Shown piece by piece: positions 56,101 to 64,000 of a DNA stretch of 64,000 bases. Within the stretch, counting starts at the first letter, position 1. Each line of letters begins with the position of its first letter. Under the pieces are notes generated by a model. The model had not been told where the DNA came from. It did not search any database and saw nothing but the letters and a program-made list of their open reading frames with translations. Source of the DNA: Cyanophora paradoxa CCMP329 (Eukaryota > Plantae > Glaucophyta); assembly GCA_004431415.1 (NCBI GenBank), contig QPMI01000090.1, positions 1-64,000 of the forward strand, in the 5' to 3' direction. The translations under genes and the position numbers were made by a program.

Positions 56101-57177
56101 CCCGCCGCCCCGGCGCAGCGTAACGCGCCGCGCGCCCGCAGCTGTGCGTGCGGGCCGGGGCGGGGCGGGGCCGGAGGAGGTGGGGGAGCCCGGGGCGTGG
56201 CCGCGCCGGCCTCGGGGCTGCTCCTGGCGCTCCTCGCGGGCGAGGAGGAGGCCGCCCTCAACCTCTCCGCCGCCGGTCCGCCCCGCCGCCCCGCGCCCCC
56301 GCGCGCCGGCCCGAGCGGGGCCGCCGGCGGGGCGGGGCAGCGGGGCTGTACGGGCGGGCGGCGGCGCTCGTGGGGCGCACCTGCGCCCGGGCACCCCGAG
56401 GCCGTCGCCCTCCTCGCCCGCCGCGCCCTCGCCCTCGCCGCCGCCGCCCCGGGGCGGGCCGGTGGCCCCGCCCTCGCCGCGGCCGGCGCGGCGGCGGCGG
56501 AGGCGCTCGCGGCGGCGGAGGCGGGCGGGCCGGCGGGGCGGCGCGGGCGCTGGCGCTGGCGGCCTCGGCGCGGCAGCTGCTCGCCGCGGGGCGGCCCGGC
56601 GAGGCGCGGCAGGCGGCGCGGGAGGCCCTCGGGAGGGCGCCGGGCGGCTCGCCGGCGCGGGCGACGGCGCTGGAGGCGCTGGGGCGGCGCGCTGGGCCGA
56701 GGGCGAGCCGGCGGAGGCGGCGGGCGCGCTGACGGACGCCGCCGAGTGCGCGGCGGCGTGGCTCGGGCCCTCCTCCCCCGCGCCGCCTCCCTCCGCGCCT
56801 CCGCCGCCCTCGCCGAGGCCGCCGCCGCCGCCGTCGCCGCCGCCGGCCCCGACGCGGCGGCGCGCATGGGGCGGGCGGCGCGGCTGCTGGCCGAGTCGGA
56901 GGCGGCGCGGGAGTCGTGGGAGCGGGGCGGGGCGGCGCGGGCGGCGGCGAGGGCGGCGGCGGCGGCGCTGCACCTCGCGGCGGGGCCGGGGCGGGCGGGG
57001 GACGCGGAGCGGACGGCGCGGGAGGCGGCGGCGGCGCTGGGCCCCGGCCTCGACGGCGACGGCGTCCTGCGGGGGCGCGTGGCCGCCCTCCTCGCCGCCG
57101 CCGCCGCCGCCGCGGGGGCCGGCGCCGGGCCCCCTCCGGACGGCGCGGCCCTCGCCCGCCTCGGAGCCTTCCTTTGA
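53188..57177 (+). CDS. Putative N-acylated (MGGCC) Ala-rich protein with TPR-like C-terminal repeats; may be more than one gene
   Basis: MGGCCK start; LGRFDLARRLYDQ and HLRPGHPEAV helical repeats; many short introns; frameshifts likely. Confidence 0.45.
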
Positions 57178-57546
57178 CGCGGCCAATCGTGTGTGTTCAA
57201 GGTCTGTGTCGCAATGCGGTGCTTAAATTAAAGGGCGCGGAATTCGAAGACAGATTGAGATCCGATGCATATGATCTAGACAGCCGCGGGAAGCCTTGAA
57301 GGCGCTTGCAAGTGGCCATGGCGGGATCCGGAGGGGCTTGGGCGGGGGGAGGGACACTGCAGCTGAGCTTCGCTGAGTCAGAAAGTAGATAACTAGTATC
57401 CTCTAGTATACGTATACAAAGTTTGGCGCCGGTGCGCGGCGCTTTGAAGCCATCGCCACGTTCGCGTGCGTACCCCAGCTAGCGCTGCAGCACGCCGATA
57501 TCTTCGCTCCGGTCCGATCATCCGGTCAAGAGAAAGCGTTGCGGTG

Positions 57547-59886
57547 ATGGATTTGGAGGGCGCGAACAAAAGGAAGGCCGGCGATGTAGAAGCCAGCTGC
57601 AGCTCGGGCCCGAGCGCGCGGCCTCGGCTGGCAGTTTCTCAGCCCCAGCCTTCCAAAGAAGAGGTTCGCGGATCCAACGCAAGTTACGCTTGCTCTTCTC
57701 ACTCGGCGCGCTCGCAGTCGTCGCAGATCTTGGATCTGCCGGACGCATTGCTGCTGCGAGTCATGCGCCTGGCGTGCGCGACCGAGGAGGGCACTGACGA
57801 GCCCCTTTGCTGCGACCATATCGAGGCTCGGCTTCGCTCCGTAGTCGCGGGTTCTGCAGGTACATCGCATGATCAATTTTGCGCTCCCGCCAAAACCAAC
57901 ATCGAGCGTCTTGCAGATCTAGAGCTCTCGGAGCCCTGGGTCGACCTGGAGCTGCTCTGCCGCCTGCGGGGCGTGTGCCGGCGGTTCGCGGAGCTCGTAG
58001 AGGCCGGCGCCGCCGCGCCCCGCGCGCGGCTGGAGATCGATCTAGATCTAGATCTAGATCTCGACGTGCACGGGACCGGGGAGCCAGAGCCGGACGATTC
58101 GGTCGAGATCGATATCTGGCTTCACCAGCTCCTAAAGCCGCAGGCTGTGCTGCGCCGCGCGTGCGCGGGGGCCGCCCTCGTGGCGGGCATCGAGGAGCTG
58201 GACCTGCGTCTCTCTGCCTCCCTCCTGGGCAAGGCGCGTGCGAGGCCCCTCCTCCGGACGTGTCGCTGTCCGATCGTGGCCGCTTGATGTGCAGGTGCAG
58301 AGCCACGGGATCGGGGTCGTCAGCCTCCACGCCGTCTCCCTGGAGCCCCTCGCCTGCTTCCGCTCCCTCCGCGCCCTCCGCCTGTGCTCGGACCATCGCT
58401 ACGCGTTCGACGCGGACCTGCTCGCTGCCGCCCCCTTCCCCCGCCTCTCATCCCTCGACCTCGCCGGTCGCGCCACGCTCCGCCCGCTCACCCACGCGGC
58501 CCTCGCCGCGCTCTCATCGCGCGGCCATCCCCTCGCGGCGCTTCGGGCGAACGTCGCCTGCAGCGCGCTGTCGGAGTCGCGATCGAGAGCCGACGCGGGC
58601 GAGCCCGAGCCCGACGTGGTCGCCCTGTACCCCCCCAGCCTCCCCGGCTTCCTCTCGGGCGTCGTGCGGGCCTTTCCGGGGCTCCAGCGGCTGCTCCTCA
58701 CCTTCGAGGGGCGCTTCGAGAGCCCTCTATCCCCCGACGCCCTCAACCCCCTCGCCTCCCTCCCATACCTCCGAGGTGCCCGCCGTCATCTAACATTCTG
58801 CATGCAATCCACGTCGCTATGTTGACGTTGACGCGCGGGGTCGGCAGCGCTCAGCCTCAAGCTCTCCACGCAGACGGGGTCGGCCTTCCTGGCGCCGCTC
58901 GCCCGCCTCGAGTTCCGGGGCCTGGAGCACCTGGCGGTGAGCCTGCACCGGTCGCGGGACTGTCCCGACCTCTCCCCGATCGCCGCCTTGAAGGCCCTCC
59001 GATGTGCGCCCCCGGCCCGCCCGCCCCCGGCCCCCGGCCCCCTCCAGCTCTCCCGGGGCCTGAGGCGCGGCCTTCGCATTCTCCCGCGCAGCGTTGAGCC
59101 TGTACTGCATGCCGCTGTCCCAGGACGTGTCCTTCCTGGCGGCGCTCCCCCGCCTGGAGGCGCTCGAGCTCCTGGCCTTCGTGTCGCGCGGCCCCTCCCC
59201 CCTCGCCCCCCTCGCCCCCCGCCTCCGCTGCCTCCGCCTCTCCTCCAACCACCGGGGCGCCTCGGAAGCTGCGGCCGCAAACATCGGCGCCCTCTCCGGC
59301 GCCCTCGCGAGCTTCTCTGCACTGGAGGCGCGCTGCCGCCCGCCGCACGACCCTGTCCTGCCCCTCCTGAGGCGCGTGGCAGGACCTGCGGCTCGAGCTC
59401 TTCTCGGACGCGTTCGACGGCCTCTCGGGGCGGTCGCTGGCGGCCTGGCGCGGCCTCCGCTCCCTCCACCTCGCCGTCAAGGGCTCCGCCGCCGGCCTCC
59501 AAGACGGCCGCGAGTCCGACCGCGTCCGGCCCCTCCCCGGCCCCCTGCTCTCGGTGCGTGCCGTCCCCCCAGCTGGCCTTCTCCTCCTCCACTCCTCTCC
59601 GAGCCTCTGATTGCTTCGCCCTCCCTGCCGCAGAGCATCGCATCCGACCTGGTGGGCCTGCGGGATCTGGTCCTGGAGAACCCCCTCGCGCTCCCCCTGC
59701 CCGACGGCGTCGCCGACGCCCTCCGCGGCCGCCTCCGCCGCCTCCGTTTGAGCGCAGGGAGGCCGGCCCGCGCGGTGCGCCGGGGATTGCTCTCTAGATC
59801 TGGGTTGCTGCCCTGGCGCTGGCGCCGGCGCTGACGCTTGTCCCAGGAGCTGGAAGGCGCGCTCGGCATCAAGGTCAAGCGCTATA
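57547..59886 (+). CDS. F-box/leucine-rich-repeat protein
   Basis: ILDLPDALLLRVM...LRGVCRRF F-box with an insertion; LRRs such as FRSLRALRL, FPRLSSLDL, FPGLQRLLL and LPRLEALEL. Confidence 0.75.
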
Positions 59887-61984
59887 GCTCTTAAGAACGT
59901 TCCATCTTTTTATCGCTTTACCTATTCGGGGGCAGCCAGCTCCGAGGCTCGTGGAAGTTTGAATTGCTTGCAATCGCGCGCCGCGGCAATGGATATTGGG
60001 CATTGGAACCGGATTTCAATTAGATCTACAGATCCTAAATCTGCATGCAGCCGCCGCGGCCGGCGCGCGCCTGCATTTCCTGGCGCTGGCGCCGTGCGCA
60101 TACGTACATGGCGCAATTTGCAATTTCTTGGCGCCCTCGTCGGGCCCTTGCGCCCTCGAGCTCGTCTCTCTCTGCGCCGCCCATGACCCCCGTGTCATCT
60201 GATCCGGCGCCACCTGACCTTTCTCCTGCTTCGCTGCCCTCTCTTCGGCGCCGGCAGCGATCCCCGTCACCTGCTCGCGGCCCTGCTCCGGATCCGACCC
60301 TTCCTCGGCTCCCTCCTCGCCTCTTCCGCCTCGTAGGCCTCCGCCGCGTTCCCGTCGGCGGATCTCTCGATCGACCCTGGACTCTCCGCCTGCCACTGTC
60401 TGTGGGGTACCTCCGCCGCCGTGTTCGGCGCCGGCTGTCAGTACTTTGCTCGGTAGCTCCCCCATCGTGGCTCCTCGGGGGCCTCTTCGTCGTCGTCGTT
60501 CGCTGGGTTCCGGCTCCGGGTCAGATTTCTCGCCGGGCTTACCTTCTCCTGGCTCTGCTCCTGGGCCCTCAGCTCCGGGACCGGCTTCCCCGATCTCCTC
60601 CCGGACTCGTGGTCGTACCCGTCGCCGGCTTGCCGAGCCTACGTCTCCTTCTACTTCCCTCCGGCGGTTTGCCGGGCCGGACCCTCCGGCCTTTGTTCTT
60701 GATACCGGACCGCCGCCTTTGCCTTCGTCTTCTGCTTCGCTGGTCGTATCCCGCCGGCGCCGGCGTACTTCGTCTTATAGTTTAGTTCGGTCTAGTTCGG
60801 ATTCTGATCGTAGTGTTGATGCTAGAGTTAGTTTCAATACTAGCTATAGTCCTCGTGCTCGACCTGTTGTTCGCCGTCGTTTGCAGTTCGACTGCCCGTC
60901 TCGACCCCGGTCGGCTTTACACAGCGGTACGCTAGTATGGGCAAGAACTCCAGGGCAACTTGCAAAAGGAGCCGAGTCTAGGAGCCAAATAACCTCCGTG
61001 TCACGTCAACTTAGAGCCCAAAAAACCTCCGAGTCACGACAGCGAAACCGTCGAACCGTCAAATTGACGTCAAAACCTAAGACCTCGAATCAAAAAACAA
61101 ATTGATGTATCCCGCTTTAACTCCCCCAAGTTCACCCCCGGGATGAAATCGCCGCAGCGAAGGGAAGAATCCTTCGGCTTACAAAAGCTCGTCACAGCTT
61201 ACACAGCGCGCCGTGAGCTTCGTACCATCGTAAAGAGCTCGTCAAGCCGCGTCACGGGGCACCTCCCAATCCATGATTCTTACTATCGATCGCGACGCCC
61301 AGCCAAGCAAATTCGCTCGCCACGCGATCGCGAACCCCGAAAAAAATTGGACTTGGGCCGCAAGTTGGGCGAGCAGCGAGCAGCGAGTGCCAGCGACTCG
61401 CGCTCGGGGCGGAGCGCGCTGCTTCCGCAGACGCAGACAAGCATAGTAGCCTAGTTAGCAGCAGAAAGCGATCGCCGGCGGCCGGAGCTTCGGCCAGGAG
61501 CGTCGGCCGGCCGCGCCGCGCGCGGGCGCGGCCCGTGCGCATGCTACCGTAGTACTCCGTTCTGGTACCGGTGCGCATGCGTGCCTGGCGGCACTCAGCG
61601 GCTACCAAGATGGCGTGTTCGCTACTGAAGGTCGGCCGCAGCGGCCATGGCCCTCGTTTTTCGCCTTCCCGGCGTTCCCGCACCGCGCTGACCCCCGCGC
61701 CACAGGAAGGTTGCGTCGGGCGCCTCTAGAAGCACCTACAAAAAGTCCGTGGACAAGATCCAAGCAGCCGTCGCGGCCAGGAGCGGCGCGGAGCGCAAGA
61801 AGCGACGCGGGCGGGGCGGCATCGGGCGGCGCTCGCCCTCGTTCGTCTCGTTCATAGCGACTAGATATAATCAACGACATCGGGCGCATAGCAGCGAGCA
61901 GCGCACACACGTGCACCGGCATCGACCTGATGCCGCCGCGTACATGCGCGCATCGCACTGATGCCGCCTCGGCAGGGCGTTGAG

Positions 61985-62802
61985 GCGTGGGGGCGGCACG
62001 GCGGCGGCGTGGGGGCGGCGCTGTCGGCGGCCCGGGCGGCGCGGGGCGGCGCGGGGCGGCACCGGTGGCCGCCCGCGCAGCGCGGGGCGGCGCGGGGCGG
62101 CGCGGGGCGGCGCGGGGCGGCGCGGGGCGGCGTGGGGCGGCCGCCCAGGCGCGGCGCGGGGCCGCTGGGGCGGCGGGCGGCGGCGTGGGGCGGCGCTGAC
62201 GGCCGCCCGCGCGGCGCGGGGGCGCGGGGCGGCGCGGGGCGGCGCGGGGCGGCGCGGGGCGGCGCGGGGCGGCGTGGGGCGGCCGCCCAGGCGCGGCGCG
62301 GGGCCGCTGGGGCGGCGGGCGGCGGCGCGGGGCGGCGCTGGCGGCCGCCCGCGCGGCGCAGGGCGGCGCAGGGCGCCGCGGAGGCGCTGACGGCCGCCTG
62401 GGCAGTGGGTGGCGGCGCGGGGCGGCGCGGGGCGGCGCGGGGCGGCGTGGGGCGGCGCTGGCGGCCGCCCGCGCAGCGCGGGGCGGCGCGGGGCGGCGCG
62501 GGGCGGCGTGGGGCGGCGCTGGCGGTCGCCCGCGCAGCGCGGGGCGGCGCGGGGCGGCGCGGGGCGGCGTGGGGCGGCGCTGGCGGCCGCCCGCGCAGCG
62601 CGGGGCGGCGCGGGGCGGCGCGGGGCGGCGTGGGGCGGCGCTGGCGGTCGCCCGCGCAGCGCGGGGCGGCGCGGGGCGGCGCGGGGCGGCGTGGGGCGGC
62701 CGCCCAGGCGCGGCGCGGGCCGCTGGGCGGCGGGCGGCGGCGTGGGGCGGCGCTGGCGGCCGCCCGGGCGGCCCCGCGCCGCCTGGGCGGCCGGGGCGGC
62801 GC
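61985..62802. repeat. GC-rich minisatellite built on a GGCGCGGGGC decamer with ~60-bp higher-order units
   Basis: Direct reading; the recurring unit is GGCGGCCGCCCGCGCAGC(GCGGGGCGGC)n GTGGGGCGGCGCT. Confidence 0.9.
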
Positions 62803-64000
62803 TGTGCTCTTTCAGGGCTTTGTTAAGGTTTAGTTTAGTGCAAATACGATGTGATTTGAAGCGCACGCGCTGTATGTGTGTGTTTGGCTCTGAAAACAGT
62901 TCTGGCTCCGAGGCCCAGTGACGGCACCAGTGGCAGGAGGCCAAGAGCCGCGCGCGGCCCCTGCAGCCTCTAATGCTCCAAAATGTATCGGTTATGTACT
63001 ATTACTGATAGAAACTGCAGGCAAAAGCGCGCGCGCAGCCTCCGACGATTTGCCAAAAAACCGCATCATTACCATTCCAAAAAGCGTGAACGACCAGCAT
63101 AGATCTGACCCCACATTTTAGGATTGAAGCGCGTCATGAAATTGGCAACTTGGCAACTGCGGCGGCAGTTATAACTAAGCATGATAATATTAAATAAGGC
63201 CATATACAGCCCGCCTGCAGCTTCTACGTCGCGAACTTGCATACTCCGCACCTCATATCGCGATCATGATCACTCACAGAATCAGCGCGTCGCGCGTCAA
63301 GTAAACGTCGCGCGGCTCATCCCCGAAGCATTCGTGCGGTGTCAAATTGAGCTTTCTTCTCAATCGGAGCCCTCGGAGGGCTCGGGGCGGACCAGCCACC
63401 GAATGACGGCTTGCGCAGCCGAGGGGGTGTCGGCCTGGCGGACCAGTTGCCTCGGCGTGCAAGATCCGCGCCGAGCCTGGCCCAGTGGGTGCGAGAGCGT
63501 GTTCTTCAATAAAACACAAATAGATAACAGATCTAGAATCCTAGGCTAGGCTGCAGAGCGGCCACACAGAAAGTGGTGTTTGGAAGCCGTGCGCGGTCTG
63601 CCAGCCGGCAGCAGATCTAGCCGTGCGCGGTGGCGGCGGGAGTTGCGCTCCAGTAATACTGAAAGCCAAGCTGTCTAGCTCTAGCAGCGCGAGCCAAGCA
63701 GCGCAGCTAGAAGCGGCAGGGTTCGAGGGAGCGCCGGCCGGCCGACGGAGCGAGGAATCTGCTCGTCGATGCAGCAGCTCCGCCGAAACAGCACTATCGC
63801 TTCGTTTTCATCAGGACTGCACTAGCGCAGCACCATCTGGCTGTGTACAACAGGATTCAGCAGGCGGCGACGGAGCGGACAACCAGGAAAAGAAAACCGG
63901 ACGGACCGCGGCATTGATGCACAGCTCAGAAAGCTCTGCTGTACTATGCAGCCGCCAGCCGAGCGCGCTGCAACCAGTGCGGGCCGTGCGTCGGTCGGGC

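Noticed and set aside
25000-62900. Numerous long Arg/Pro/Gly/Ala-rich six-frame ORFs (e.g. 29153-31786, 54172-57186, 61871-62944)
   Set aside because: Artefacts of very high GC and stop-free introns or satellite; the real genes are spliced in other frames or strands.
62900-64000. Possible gene at the window end
   Set aside because: No recognisable motif or consistent exon structure.

Overview
Eukaryotic nuclear DNA with three compartments. The host is GC-rich and intron-dense; two plastid-type genes with Phe-containing N-termini suggest an alga with a primary plastid, possibly a glaucophyte (inference). (1) 1-~17.47 kb is the right part of an integrated, nearly intron-free dsDNA-virus-like element. 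It has about 15 tightly packed genes, most preceded by a shared TTTTC(T/G)-N12-16-ATG motif. These include a frameshifted HUH rolling-circle endonuclease, a single-jelly-roll penton-like protein, phage-type fibre proteins (HxH repeats, peptidase-S74 chaperone), an FN3/Gly-rich protein, a paralogous gene pair and an HNH nuclease. It also has a control-like region where two inverted (GGGACTT)n modules enclose 16 consecutive 12-bp units that all start with TC. A third module and a CGCGATC/GGGGGTACCCCC palindromic stretch lie near the right end. The gene content best fits a Mriyaviricetes (Yaravirus/gamadvirus)-like or Polinton-like virus; no major capsid, packaging ATPase, polymerase or integrase was recognised here. 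(2) 17.5-25 kb holds an ankyrin gene with one ~220-nt phase-0 exon per repeat module, a recent internal duplication and AT-rich palindrome-laden introns. (3) 25-64 kb holds host genes (PAQR, kinesin, mTERF, M20 peptidase, RING-H2, beta-helix protein, DUF3054, DTWD1, TPR-like, F-box/LRR). Twelve consecutive genes alternate strand, and their short C-rich/G-rich introns often use GC donors. A GC decamer satellite lies near the end. Many viral ORFs carry single-base frameshifts (assembly error or decay), so several coordinates are approximate.
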